Source of the DNA: an uncultured virus (IMG/VR IMGVR_UViG_2061766007_004183)
Lineage: Duplodnaviria; Heunggongvirae; Uroviricota; Caudoviricetes
DNA length: 64,000 nt
IMG/VR virus record: IMGVR_UViG_2061766007_004183
Strand: one strand, 5' to 3'
The translations under genes were made by a program, and so were the position numbers. A model generated the notes under the pieces. That model saw only the letters and a list, made by a program, of their open reading frames with translations. It ran no database searches and had not been told where the DNA came from. Of the stretch, positions 46,907-57,564 are shown in pieces; within the stretch, counting starts at the first letter, position 1, and each line of letters begins with the position of its first letter.

Positions 46907-49900
46907 ATGGGCTTAATTCAGCGACTGCTTTCAAGAAAAACAACCGATGCTGGGAAGGACGCGCAATCTGAAGAGATTAAACGGTTGCGTATTCTGGACT
47001 CATTTATGCGTTCACTCCTCAGCGGGGATCATTTTGTAGCGAAGAGCGAATATCGGGAAACGCTATCAAAATACGCCGATCTCTCCGACTGGTTTCGAGT
47101 TCTGCAAAAGAGCGGGACGTTAGAGGCCTACTGCAAGAAAAACCATTCTTCCCAAGCGGAGATTACCGGAGTCTTAACACGGTTGAACACCTTTGAGGCT
47201 TTGATAGATTCTCAAAATGAGCAGTACGTCAAAGCTCAAATGGCTAGAGAAAAGGAATACCTTGACACCATTCTGAAGGATTGCGACCCAAACATAATGC
47301 TGGACGAAGATCAGCGCCGGGTCATCCTAACAGATGAGGATTATACGCTTGTTGTGGCCGGAGCAGGTGCAGGAAAGACGACGACTGTAGCAGCCAAGGT
47401 CAAATACCTTGTGGAAAAGCAAGGCATAGATCCCAAAAAGATTCTGGTTATTTCCTTTACGAACAAGGCAGTCAATGAACTTAAGCAACGCATAATCGGA
47501 GACCTTCATATCGAGTGTCCAATTGCCACTTTCCATTCCACCGGAAATGCGGTGATCCATAAGCAGAACCCAGACAAGTTGAACATCGTAGATTCGAACA
47601 AGCTGTACTATGTCGTACAAGATTATTTTCGGAGTTCTATTCTAAAAAACGAAACTGCGGTTAATAATCTCATTCTCTTCTTTGCCTCATACTTCGACGC
47701 ACCATATGAAGGGAACGACCTGAACGCCTTCTTTAATCACATTGCTAAATCCAATTTCACAACCATGCGAAGTGAATTGGATGATTTCAAGCAGCAGGTC
47801 ATTGATACAAGGACCAAAAAAGCAGTTACAATCCAGAGCGAAATGATGCGATCTCATCAAGAAGTTGAGATAGCCAATTTCCTGTACCTAAACGGCATCG
47901 ACTATGAGTATGAGCCGATGTATCGTTATGATCTTCTTTTCGCCCGCAAACCATACACACCGGACTTTAGAATATGGCAAGAGGGCAAAGAAGTGTATTT
48001 AGAGCACTTTGGCATTACCGAAGACGGGCAAAATGATCGATACTCTGAAGACGAACTACAGGCATATAAAAAGGCCGTCAATGATAAGATCAGGCTTCAC
48101 CGGCAACATGGCACAACGCTGCTGTATACATTTTCCGCTTACAGGGATCGGAGGCCGCTGCTGGATCATTTGCGAGAACAGCTTGAAGCAGCGGGCTTTG
48201 AGCTCCGTCCCCGATCCAACAAAGAGGTGATGGAAAAGCTCGTTGTTTCCGAAGAAAACCGATATATCCGGAAACTGGTTTCTTTGATCTGCCGATTCAT
48301 CACAAATTTCAAAACAAATGGATACACAGCAGATGAGTTCAACCGCATGTACCATTCAACGCAGAATGTGCGGACTCGTCTTTTCCTCAACATATGCAAC
48401 GATTGCTATCTCGAATACGAGCGGTACCTGAGAGAAAACCAGGCTGTTGACTTCCAGGACATGATAAACGAATCTGCACGTCTCCTCCGCGAAGTAAAAG
48501 AGATGAAGCAGAAGCTGGATTTCAGATACATAATCGTTGATGAGTACCAGGACATTTCCCGCCAGCGATTTGATCTTGTAACTGCACTTCATGAAGTAAC
48601 GTCAGCAAAGATTATCGCGGTCGGCGATGACTGGCAATCGATTTATGCTTTCAGCGGCTCGGATATTTCTCTGTTCACCAAATTCAGCGAGAAAATGGGC
48701 TATGCTGCACTGTTGAAGATAGTGCGCACCTATCGCAACTCTCAAGAAGTAATCGATATTGCAGGAAACTTTATTCAGAAGAACACAGAGCAGATTCAGA
48801 AAGACCTCATTTCCCCGAAGCACATTGAGGATCCTGTGATTGTGTATACCTATGATAGCAAACGCAAGGATCCCAAAGGAGATAACCGCAGCGGTGCAAA
48901 CTATGCCATCGCCAGCGCTATAGAAACCGCATTAGAACAAATCATGGCGTACAATCTTGAGGAAGGTAAGCCGGTTGACTCTTCAATCCTGTTACTTGGA
49001 CGATTCGGTTTTGACGGTGACAGATTGGAGCGTTCTGGTTTGTTCGAGTTTATTACCAGAGGTAGCCGCATTCGATCGGTAAAATACCCGAAGCTGAATA
49101 TCACCTTCATGACTGCCCACTCTTCAAAAGGCCTTGGCTATGACAACGTGATTGTAGTCAATGGGCGAAATGAGACCTACGGATTTCCATCCAAGATTGA
49201 AGATGATCCAGTACTTGCTTATGTTGTCAAGGAAGATCGGTCAATCGAATATGCTGAAGAACGGCGATTGTTCTACGTTGCCATGACCAGAACCAAGAAC
49301 CGCGTTTTCTTCATAGCGCCGGAGCAGAATCCTTCTGAATTCCTGCTGGAACTCAAGCACGATTTTAAGAACGTCGTATTGAACGGCAACTGGAATGAGG
49401 ATCCCACTGCGGTACCTTCGTTCAAAAAAACGTGCCCAATGTGTGGGTATCCGATGCAGTACCGTTACAAAGCAGCATATGGGCTCAGACTCCATATCTG
49501 TACCAACGATCCGGAAGTCTGCGGATTCATGACGAATACACCAGCAGCCGGCAAGCTTTCGATCATTAAATGCGATCGTTGCCGTGATGGATATTTGATT
49601 GTAAAACCAGGCAAAGACAAGACTCGATTTATGCTCGGATGCACCAACTACAAGAAGGATGGTACCGGTTGCTCACGGATTATGACACCGAGCTATTTCT
49701 TCGAGTATATGAATATCAAGGACGATGAACCTGTACCTCCACAGGTTGTTCCCAGGGGCTACGAGATAAAACCGAAAAATCCATCCGGAATGCAGGCAAT
49801 CCAGTCACCAATAGAGGGAGACACAGCAGTAGCCGCCACCATTCAAATCCCTGATATCAAACCCATTGAGTACCACGGATATGACCTGAACTCAACACTG

Positions 49901-50239
49901 GGAATCATACTCCAGACATTATCGGACATTAGCCAGAAAAAATACTATGGAACAACGATACTGATAGATGTTTTGCGAGGTTCGCAGAACAAGAGAATCA
50001 TGTCTGATGGACTTAATCTCTGCAAGGGATACGGAAAACTCACTGAAGTTAAGCGCGATGACGTTCAGTTCCTCGTTGACTGGCTGATCGAAAACGAGTA
50101 TATTCGCCAGACACGAGGTCCTTACCCGGTCCTACATCCCACATATAACAGTGAGCATTATGGTGAAATGATCACACGCCAGAAACTGCAAGCACTGAAA
50201 AAGAAAATTGATTCCCAAAATACTGGTTCAGAGGACTAA
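46907..50239 (+). CDS. UvrD/helicase IV-like helicase with inserted nuclease-like domain, Zn ribbons and RQC-like winged helix
   Basis: GAGAGKT, DEYQD, VGDDWQSIY, EERRLFYVAMTR; insert RSHQEVEIANFL...YTPDF...YLEHFG; CPMCG/CDRC; YGTTILIDVLRGS. Confidence 0.88.
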   Translation: MGLIQRLLSRKTTDAGKDAQSEEIKRLRILDSFMRSLLSGDHFVAKSEYRETLSKYADLSDWFRVLQKSGTLEAYCKKNHSSQAEITGVLTRLNTFEALIDSQNEQYVKAQMAREKEYLDTILKDCDPNIMLDEDQRRVILTDEDYTLVVAGAGAGKTTTVAAKVKYLVEKQGIDPKKILVISFTNKAVNELKQRIIGDLHIECPIATFHSTGNAVIHKQNPDKLNIVDSNKLYYVVQDYFRSSILKNETAVNNLILFFASYFDAPYEGNDLNAFFNHIAKSNFTTMRSELDDFKQQVIDTRTKKAVTIQSEMMRSHQEVEIANFLYLNGIDYEYEPMYRYDLLFARKPYTPDFRIWQEGKEVYLEHFGITEDGQNDRYSEDELQAYKKAVNDKIRLHRQHGTTLLYTFSAYRDRRPLLDHLREQLEAAGFELRPRSNKEVMEKLVVSEENRYIRKLVSLICRFITNFKTNGYTADEFNRMYHSTQNVRTRLFLNICNDCYLEYERYLRENQAVDFQDMINESARLLREVKEMKQKLDFRYIIVDEYQDISRQRFDLVTALHEVTSAKIIAVGDDWQSIYAFSGSDISLFTKFSEKMGYAALLKIVRTYRNSQEVIDIAGNFIQKNTEQIQKDLISPKHIEDPVIVYTYDSKRKDPKGDNRSGANYAIASAIETALEQIMAYNLEEGKPVDSSILLLGRFGFDGDRLERSGLFEFITRGSRIRSVKYPKLNITFMTAHSSKGLGYDNVIVVNGRNETYGFPSKIEDDPVLAYVVKEDRSIEYAEERRLFYVAMTRTKNRVFFIAPEQNPSEFLLELKHDFKNVVLNGNWNEDPTAVPSFKKTCPMCGYPMQYRYKAAYGLRLHICTNDPEVCGFMTNTPAAGKLSIIKCDRCRDGYLIVKPGKDKTRFMLGCTNYKKDGTGCSRIMTPSYFFEYMNIKDDEPVPPQVVPRGYEIKPKNPSGMQAIQSPIEGDTAVAATIQIPDIKPIEYHGYDLNSTLGIILQTLSDISQKKYYGTTILIDVLRGSQNKRIMSDGLNLCKGYGKLTEVKRDDVQFLVDWLIENEYIRQTRGPYPVLHPTYNSEHYGEMITRQKLQALKKKIDSQNTGSED

Positions 50240-50295
50240 AACATTTGCCACCCGTTCTCGAACGAACGACTGATTCAGTTCGGAGGTAATATGCT

Positions 50296-52506
50296 TTGGC
50301 ACGACCATTCAGCAACACTGATGCAAATCGGATTATCAAGAGTCATCAGACGCTTATTAAGAGACTTGATGCCGTTGAGGACATGCTAAAGGCTTACAGG
50401 ACTGGCATCGAGAAAGCATCTGACGCTTTTGTTGCCCAGGAAGTATTAAAACTATTGAGAGATATTCCAATCGAAGAAATCAATCGAGGCGGACGAGGTT
50501 ATAGGGTAAAAGCCCTAAGAGAGCACGGTTATCAAACCATTGCGGACATAGCTCCTGCATCGGCTTTTTCTATTGCGTCCGTACATGGAATAAGTGAGGA
50601 CAGTGCCTATTCTATCAGACGTATTGTCAATGACATAACCACAAAAGCTCGCCAGGGTGTGAAAGTCCGGCTCAGTCTTGATAACAAAACTCGTGAAGCC
50701 ACCAAACTGATCGAAGTCCTGTGCCGTCTTAAAAATAGTCAGCCGATTGCGGCTGACTGCCAAGCTCTCATTTCAAACAATAGATCAAATATCGGGTATG
50801 CCATTGAGGATCTTGCTGCTGTTTCAGGCGGGATGAAATGGCTGTTCGCATCAAAGGCAAAAAAACAGAAGGCAAGCGATGCTTTTGAATACCTTAACAG
50901 TCTGAATAACGGGGCTTACGGCCATAAAGCTAATGAATTGCTCTCATCTCTGGATGCAATAAGCCGTATCAGCGGAAGCGATGCCTGGAAGGACTTCTCT
51001 GCTGATTCTATTCGGTACTTTAACCTTCTTGAGGACATCACTCCCGGTATTCTTGGCAATGACGATGCGGTATATGGATTGCCGGAAGACCTAGCCCGTG
51101 AAATCCAAGAAGAATGCTTTTTCCCGGACGGATTGCTCTGTGAGCTTCGCAGATATCAGGAGTGGGGTGTAAAGTATATTCTTCATCAGGAGCGGGTTTT
51201 ACTCGGCGATGAAATGGGCCTTGGCAAAACCGTTCAAGCAATCGCGACGATGGTGTCCCTGCGCAATACTGGCGGAACCCATTTCGTGGTCGTATGCCCA
51301 GCCAGTGTGCTTACGAACTGGATTCGTGAAATCCGGAAGATGAGCAAGCTCAGTGTTACCAAAGTCCACGGGGCCGGACGTAGCTCAGCGATTCAATCCT
51401 GGCTAAAAACGGGTGGTGTCGCAGTAACGACCTACGAAACTACCGCATACTTCAAGGTACCAGAGGATTTCAAGTATGCTGAGTTGGTTGTCGACGAGGC
51501 TCATTATATTAAGAATCCGGAAGCACGACGGACAATCAACGTCAAGAAGCTGTCCAAACATACGGATAGATTGCTGCTCATGACCGGCACCGCACTAGAA
51601 AACAAAGTCGATGAGATGATTGCACTTATTCGGATACTCCAACCGCGAATTGCGATGCAAGTCCAAGGCATGGCCTTCATGGCTTCAGCTCCTCAGTTTC
51701 GAAAAGCCGTCGCACCTGTATACTACCGGAGGAAACGGGAAGATGTCTTGACAGAACTGCCAGAGCTCATTGAGAGCAAAGAATGGTGTACGATGAGCCA
51801 TTACGAGGAGGCTGTTTATGAGCAGGCTATTCTGGCTAAGAATTATGCTGACGCCAGGTGTGTATCTTGGAATATCGACGACCTAAAGAACTCATCCAAA
51901 GCGACAAGACTCTTAGAGCTAGTTGAGGAAGCAGAATCTGACGGAAGAAAGGTTATTGTTTTTTCCTTTTTCCTCGATACGATTAGAAAAGTCGCAATGC
52001 TTCTGGGCGATCGCTGTACGAATCCGATTAACGGCTCTGTTCCACCCCAGCGCCGGCAAGAGATCATAGACGAATTCGACAGTGCGCCTGCAGGAACTGT
52101 CCTAGTTGCTCAGATCCAGTCAGGCGGTACCGGTCTCAACATCCAATCCGCCAGTGTTGTAATCATCTGCGAACCACAATTCAAGCCTTCCACTGAGAAT
52201 CAAGCAATCTCCCGCGCGTATCGCATGGGGCAGACGAGAAATGTCCTGGTGTACCGCCTCCTTTGCGAGAATACCGTGGATGAACGGATTACCTCCCTAC
52301 TTGAATCAAAACAGGCAATCTTTGACGCCTTTGCCGATGAATCCGTTGCGGCAGCGGAAAGCTTCGAATTGGATGAGAAGACATTTGGGAACATCATCAA
52401 AGAGGAAATTGACAGAATAAACGCAAAGCGTGGTCGCACTGGTATAGCGAATGACGCAGCAAATCAAGCGAATGCCCAAGCAAGTGTAAGCCAGAATACA
52501 ACCTGA
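50296..52506 (+). CDS. SNF2-family helicase
   Basis: GDEMGLGKT, DEAH, TGTALEN, GGTGLN, QAISRAYRMGQ; TTG start behind GGAGG. Confidence 0.9.
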   Translation: MARPFSNTDANRIIKSHQTLIKRLDAVEDMLKAYRTGIEKASDAFVAQEVLKLLRDIPIEEINRGGRGYRVKALREHGYQTIADIAPASAFSIASVHGISEDSAYSIRRIVNDITTKARQGVKVRLSLDNKTREATKLIEVLCRLKNSQPIAADCQALISNNRSNIGYAIEDLAAVSGGMKWLFASKAKKQKASDAFEYLNSLNNGAYGHKANELLSSLDAISRISGSDAWKDFSADSIRYFNLLEDITPGILGNDDAVYGLPEDLAREIQEECFFPDGLLCELRRYQEWGVKYILHQERVLLGDEMGLGKTVQAIATMVSLRNTGGTHFVVVCPASVLTNWIREIRKMSKLSVTKVHGAGRSSAIQSWLKTGGVAVTTYETTAYFKVPEDFKYAELVVDEAHYIKNPEARRTINVKKLSKHTDRLLLMTGTALENKVDEMIALIRILQPRIAMQVQGMAFMASAPQFRKAVAPVYYRRKREDVLTELPELIESKEWCTMSHYEEAVYEQAILAKNYADARCVSWNIDDLKNSSKATRLLELVEEAESDGRKVIVFSFFLDTIRKVAMLLGDRCTNPINGSVPPQRRQEIIDEFDSAPAGTVLVAQIQSGGTGLNIQSASVVIICEPQFKPSTENQAISRAYRMGQTRNVLVYRLLCENTVDERITSLLESKQAIFDAFADESVAAAESFELDEKTFGNIIKEEIDRINAKRGRTGIANDAANQANAQASVSQNTT

Positions 52507-52523
52507 AAGCGTGGCTGTGTATT

Positions 52524-53660
52524 ATGAAACTGATTCATTTATCCGACCTGCACTTGGGCAAACGGCTGTCCGAGTTTAATCTCCTCGAAGATCAAGAGTA
52601 TATCCTGAAAAAGATCCTTCAGATCATCGACGATGAAAAGACAGCTGCCGTTATCATCGCCGGGGATATCTATGACAAAGCAATTCCGTCAGCGGAAGCG
52701 GTAAAGCTCTTCGATGATTTCCTTTGCAGCCTCGCGAAACGTGGGCTCCAGGTCTTTGCTATCAGCGGGAACCACGACTCTCCGGAAAGAATCGCTTTTG
52801 CATCCCGGATCATCGACGAAAGCGGCATACATATGTCCCCGGTCTACAACGGCAAGGTAACGCCGATCACGCTGACAGACACATGGGGTCAGATAAACTT
52901 CTATATGCTGCCGTTTATAAAGCCGACCCACGTCAGGCGCTACTACCCTGACGAGGAGATCACCACCTATACGGACGCACTGCGTATCGCTCTGGATAGC
53001 ATGGAGATTGATTCGGAAGCTCGGAACATACTTGTGACACATCAGTTTGTAACTGGGGCCAGCCGTTCCGACTCAGAGGAAATCACGGTCGGAGGAGCAG
53101 ATAACGTCGATGCGTCCGTTTTCTCTTCTTTTGATTACGTGGCGCTCGGTCATCTCCACCGGCCCCAGGATATTGAGGGGAACCGACACATCCGCTACTG
53201 CGGAACGCCGCTGAAGTACTCCTTCTCCGAGGCGGATCATGAGAAGTCCGTGACCGTCGTTGAGTTGGAGGAGAAAGGTGTTCTGGATATCAGAACCATT
53301 CCCCTCATCCCGAAGCGGGATCTGCGGAATCTGCGGGGCAGTTACATGGAGCTGACGGCCAAAGCCAACTATGAGGGGACAAATACCGAAGACTACATCC
53401 ATATCACGCTCACAGACGAAGAAGACATCCCAGACGTGATGAACAAACTGCGGGTCATCTATCCCAACCTGATGAGCCTTGACTACGATAACCTGCGCAC
53501 CAGAGCAGGCGGGGACCTGACCGTCCAGGATACAGAGAGGAAGACTCCTCTGCAGCTCTTCGGGGAGCTTTACGAATGGCAAAACGGCCAGCCGCTGAGT
53601 GAGCAGCAGAGTGCTTTATGCGAGGACCTTATAGAGAAGATTTGGGGGGCGGAAGAATGA
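52524..53660 (+). CDS. sbcD: exonuclease SbcCD subunit D (Mre11-like)
   Basis: HLSDLHLG, AGDIYD, GNHDS, THQF, ALGHLH, YCGTPLKYSFSE. Confidence 0.93.
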   Translation: MKLIHLSDLHLGKRLSEFNLLEDQEYILKKILQIIDDEKTAAVIIAGDIYDKAIPSAEAVKLFDDFLCSLAKRGLQVFAISGNHDSPERIAFASRIIDESGIHMSPVYNGKVTPITLTDTWGQINFYMLPFIKPTHVRRYYPDEEITTYTDALRIALDSMEIDSEARNILVTHQFVTGASRSDSEEITVGGADNVDASVFSSFDYVALGHLHRPQDIEGNRHIRYCGTPLKYSFSEADHEKSVTVVELEEKGVLDIRTIPLIPKRDLRNLRGSYMELTAKANYEGTNTEDYIHITLTDEEDIPDVMNKLRVIYPNLMSLDYDNLRTRAGGDLTVQDTERKTPLQLFGELYEWQNGQPLSEQQSALCEDLIEKIWGAEE

Positions 53661-56422
53661 GACCTTTGATGCTGACGATGTCCGCCTTCGGTCCTTATGC
53701 GGGCAACACGACCGTGGACTTTGAGAAACTCGGAAACAGCGGCATCTACCTGATCACCGGTGATACTGGTGCAGGAAAGACCACAATCTTTGACGCCATT
53801 ACCTTTGCCCTGTTCGGCGAGGCCAGCGGGGACAGCCGTGAACCGACGATGCTGCGCTCGAAGTACGCCGCGCCGGAAACGCCAACCGAGGTCGAACTGG
53901 TTTTTTCCAACGGCGGCAAGACCTATACCGTAAAGCGGAACCCAGAGTATGAGCGGCCGGCACTGCGGGGCGGCGGAACGACGACGCAGAAGGCCGACGC
54001 GGAACTGATCTATCCTGATGGTCGCCGGGTCACCAAGTCACGCGAAGTAACCACAGCGGTCCGGGAGATCCTGGGTGTCGACCGCAACCAGTTCTCGCAG
54101 ATCGCTATGATCGCGCAGGGAGACTTTATGCGGCTCCTGCTGGCGGATACGAAAACAAGGCAGGCTATCTTCAGGGATATTTTCCGGACTCGGTATTATC
54201 AGGTGTTTCAGGACCGCTTGAAGGAGGAATCCGGGAAGCTCGGCCGGGAATGTGACGACGCAAGAAAGAGCATCAGCCAGTACATTAGGGGCACCATCTG
54301 CGACGAGGAAGATGTGTTGGTTGCGGATCTGAAAAAAGCAAAAGAAAATGCACTGCCAATATCGGATACCATGGAACTGTTGGCACGGCTGGTAGCGCAG
54401 GACGAAGAAGCTATCAAACGCTTAGCGGAAGAAGCGGCCGCGCTAAGTGAGCAACTGGGGCTGGTCAACACCGAACTCGGTAAAGCGGAGGAAGCAAAAA
54501 AAGCGGCGGAAGACCTGAAGAAAGCTGAAGGTGAAGCGGCGGCAGCCGGGGAAAAACTGAGGTTTCTCGCAGAAGCGCTTGAAAAGGCACGGGGTGAACA
54601 GGAAACGGCCGAAAAGCTCGGCGAAGCGGCGGCAGCACTGGAGACCCTGATCCCGGAATACGACCGGAGAGACCAGCTGACAATACAACGGAAAGAGGCG
54701 GACTCCTCTCACAGACAAGCTTCCGGGGAGAATGAACAAGCGCAAAAGGATCTGGAGGTGTTGTCCGGCACGCTTGAACAACTGAAAGCGGAGCAGAAGA
54801 CTCTTGAGCATGCCGGTGAGGAAAAGGAACGTCTGAACGGTGAGATAACACGGGCGACTCAGAAAAAGGACGGTCTTTCTGAGATCCTGACGCTTTTTTC
54901 CGAATACAACTCTCTGGCAGAGAAACTGAGGCAGGCCCAGAAAGCGTATAAGACCGCAAAAGAGAACTCTGAAGAGCTTTGGCGGGATTATGAGGCAAAG
55001 GACCGTGCATTTCTTGATGAGCAAGCGGGCGTGTTAGCCCAGGGCCTGGAGGAAGGCAAGCCGTGTCCTGTCTGCGGATCGGTAGAACATCCGCATCCGG
55101 CTGTCTTTTCTGAGGCTGCTCCGACTGAAGAACAGTTGAAGAAAGCTAAACAGAAGGCGGAAAAGGCGCGTGAAGAAGCTTCGGCTGCAAGCCTAGCCGC
55201 CGGCAAGTGCCTGGCCGCAGCGGATGCCAAAAAAGAAGAACTCCAAAAGAAAGCTTCGGTTCTTTTCCCGGAACTTGATATTGATTCGGTTAAAGCTGCT
55301 GCGGAAGCGAGTCTCACCGCCGTTCGGGATCAGCTCCGGGCACTTTCTGAGAGCGTCAAGGCGGAAGAGGAAAAGATCAGGAGAAAAGCGGAACTGGATA
55401 CGCTGATCCCTGATACGGAATCGGCACAGAAGCAGCTTGACGCTGCTATCCGGGAACGGACGGAGAACATCGCGTCTCTAAAAGCCGGCATTTCCGAACT
55501 GGATAAGCAGCTTGAGGCTTTTGCCAGCAAACTGCAATTCCCGGACAAACAGGCAGCAACGGTCGAGATCAAACGGCTGAAAGGCGAGCAAACCAGACTC
55601 AAAGAAGCACTGACTAAAGCCGAGAAGGCTCATCAGGAGCAGACAAAGGCGACTGCTGAAATCAACGGGCTTATCCTTCAGTTGAAGAAGCAACTTGAAG
55701 GCGTCGAACAGAAGGATATCGAAAAACTCTCAGAACAGCGTGATGAACTGAAGGGAAATATTGCGAATCTGACCGAAAAGCAACAGCAGATCCACATCAG
55801 AAAAGCTACAAACGAAACGGCACTGGGCAATATTCGAACAAAAAGTTCGGAATTGGAGGAGCTCGAAACACGGCTGACTTGGGTGCGCTCCCTATCCAAT
55901 ACCGCAAACGGAAATCTTTCCGGCAAGGAGAAGATCATGTTGGAGACCTATGTCCAGATGGCTTTCTTCGACCGGATCATATCCCGCGCTAACACTCGAT
56001 TTATGATCATGTCCAGTGGGCAGTATGAACTGAAACGCTGCAGAACGGCGGATAACAACCGCTCCCAGAGCGGATTGGAACTAGACGTAATCGACCATTA
56101 CAACGGGACCGAACGCAGTGTCCGTACTCTGTCCGGCGGAGAATCATTCAAAGCTTCACTGTCCCTGGCCCTCGGCCTTTCTGATGAGATCCAGGCATCC
56201 GCCGGCGGCATCAGGATGGATACAATGTTCGTGGATGAGGGCTTTGGATCACTGGATGAGGATTCTCTGCAGCAGGCGATGAAAGCACTTACCGGACTGG
56301 CTGAGAGCAATCGATTGGTGGGGATAATCTCCCACGTTTCCGAACTAAAGGAGAGGATTGACAGACAGATCGTCGTTACGAAGGAAAGAAGCGGCGGGAG
56401 CCGACTTCAAATTATCGTGTGA
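53657..56422 (+). CDS. sbcC: SMC-family ATPase SbcC (Rad50-like)
   Basis: GDTGAGKT, Q-loop IAQG, coiled coil with CPVCG hook, LSGGE, FVDEGFG, ISH. Confidence 0.93.
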   Translation: MRPLMLTMSAFGPYAGNTTVDFEKLGNSGIYLITGDTGAGKTTIFDAITFALFGEASGDSREPTMLRSKYAAPETPTEVELVFSNGGKTYTVKRNPEYERPALRGGGTTTQKADAELIYPDGRRVTKSREVTTAVREILGVDRNQFSQIAMIAQGDFMRLLLADTKTRQAIFRDIFRTRYYQVFQDRLKEESGKLGRECDDARKSISQYIRGTICDEEDVLVADLKKAKENALPISDTMELLARLVAQDEEAIKRLAEEAAALSEQLGLVNTELGKAEEAKKAAEDLKKAEGEAAAAGEKLRFLAEALEKARGEQETAEKLGEAAAALETLIPEYDRRDQLTIQRKEADSSHRQASGENEQAQKDLEVLSGTLEQLKAEQKTLEHAGEEKERLNGEITRATQKKDGLSEILTLFSEYNSLAEKLRQAQKAYKTAKENSEELWRDYEAKDRAFLDEQAGVLAQGLEEGKPCPVCGSVEHPHPAVFSEAAPTEEQLKKAKQKAEKAREEASAASLAAGKCLAAADAKKEELQKKASVLFPELDIDSVKAAAEASLTAVRDQLRALSESVKAEEEKIRRKAELDTLIPDTESAQKQLDAAIRERTENIASLKAGISELDKQLEAFASKLQFPDKQAATVEIKRLKGEQTRLKEALTKAEKAHQEQTKATAEINGLILQLKKQLEGVEQKDIEKLSEQRDELKGNIANLTEKQQQIHIRKATNETALGNIRTKSSELEELETRLTWVRSLSNTANGNLSGKEKIMLETYVQMAFFDRIISRANTRFMIMSSGQYELKRCRTADNNRSQSGLELDVIDHYNGTERSVRTLSGGESFKASLSLALGLSDEIQASAGGIRMDTMFVDEGFGSLDEDSLQQAMKALTGLAESNRLVGIISHVSELKERIDRQIVVTKERSGGSRLQIIV

Positions 56423-56478
56423 ATATGGAGAAAGCCTGCTATTAGTTGAAGTGCAATTATTCAAAAGAGGAGCACCTT

Positions 56479-57114
56479 ATGGCAAGAGTATCTTTTACTG
56501 AGGCTCGCATATTGTTCGACAATGCTACTGTTTGGGTTGGCGGGCATGAGGAATATTGGTATCAGCGGGCATGGGAAGCCCTAGAAAAGCAAGGGGAAAC
56601 AACTTACGACAGCAAGTATGAATATTACCAAGTGCTCCTCAAAGCACTCGCGATCATTCGTGTTTACGATGAGTTTTGCGAGTATGCTTATGAAATGAAG
56701 TATAACTTCTCCTATTGGGATTTAATTGATGACGTGATCCCGCATTTTGTCCTTGGTCAGTTTGTCGCTCGAAATGCAAATCCGGATGATTTCTACGATG
56801 AAGATGATCTTGAATCCGGGCTCTTTGATGTGCTTTCAGACATGCGGTATAGCGTTTTTCAAGCCATTGGAAAGGAAATGGATTCAGGAGCGGTCTACAC
56901 ATGGATGTACTGTACCGGTTTTACACCTATCAACCAGAATGCTCCTGTTGACAGTGAAAGTGTAGTCGTAACCGAGTTTGAGCAATATGAAGTAAACAGT
57001 TATGAAGAATATGATTCTATGATTGATGAGGTTGAAGAGGAAATCCTTTTCGATATGACTTATCAGACCTATGAGGCGTTCAATTTTGTGAATGATCTAG
57101 TCGCAAAATACTAG
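56479..57114 (+). CDS. acidic hypothetical protein
   Basis: Start MARVSF behind GAGGAG; D/E/Y-rich and AT-richer. Confidence 0.65.
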   Translation: MARVSFTEARILFDNATVWVGGHEEYWYQRAWEALEKQGETTYDSKYEYYQVLLKALAIIRVYDEFCEYAYEMKYNFSYWDLIDDVIPHFVLGQFVARNANPDDFYDEDDLESGLFDVLSDMRYSVFQAIGKEMDSGAVYTWMYCTGFTPINQNAPVDSESVVVTEFEQYEVNSYEEYDSMIDEVEEEILFDMTYQTYEAFNFVNDLVAKY

Positions 57115-57148
57115 CAGCCCTTCCGACATTCCCTTTGGAGGCAATAGC

Positions 57149-57243
57149 ATGAGCTCAATAGAAATCAGAAGAATCAGCATCACCGATCTGGCTACAGATG
57201 CAATCGTTAATGCAGCCAATGACGGTCTTTGGGCAGGCGGCGG
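57149..57243 (+). CDS. macro domain protein, N-terminal fragment (ends at gap)
   Basis: ITDLATDAIVNAANDGLWAGG is the macrodomain NAAN...GGG signature. Confidence 0.8.
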
Positions 57244-57253
57244 NNNNNNNNNN

Positions 57254-57482
57254 ACTCTATGTGAACATCCTGATGTCAGACAACAAGCAGGCCATGCAGG
57301 AATTGAGAGATTATTTAGCCCAGCACCACATTACGAACATTGCGGCGGACAGTTATACCCGCAACTGGGAAACCAAGACAATTACCGTGACCGCTTACGC
57401 ACAGACCCGGGCCGAGAGCGAGCTCATCAATTCGTATATCAGCCAAAGCCAGCAGAAAATCAAGCGCGTCGTCCAAAAATAA
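57254..57482 (+). CDS. C-terminal fragment of an unidentified protein (starts at gap)
   Basis: Open frame LYVNILMSD...KRVVQK*; not macrodomain-like. Confidence 0.4.
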
Positions 57483-57564
57483 AGGCACGTCATTATCTGT
57501 TGAAGAGCACGGTTGGATGCGGTATCATTATTACGATCATCTGCACAGCAAAGGGGTGACAGGC

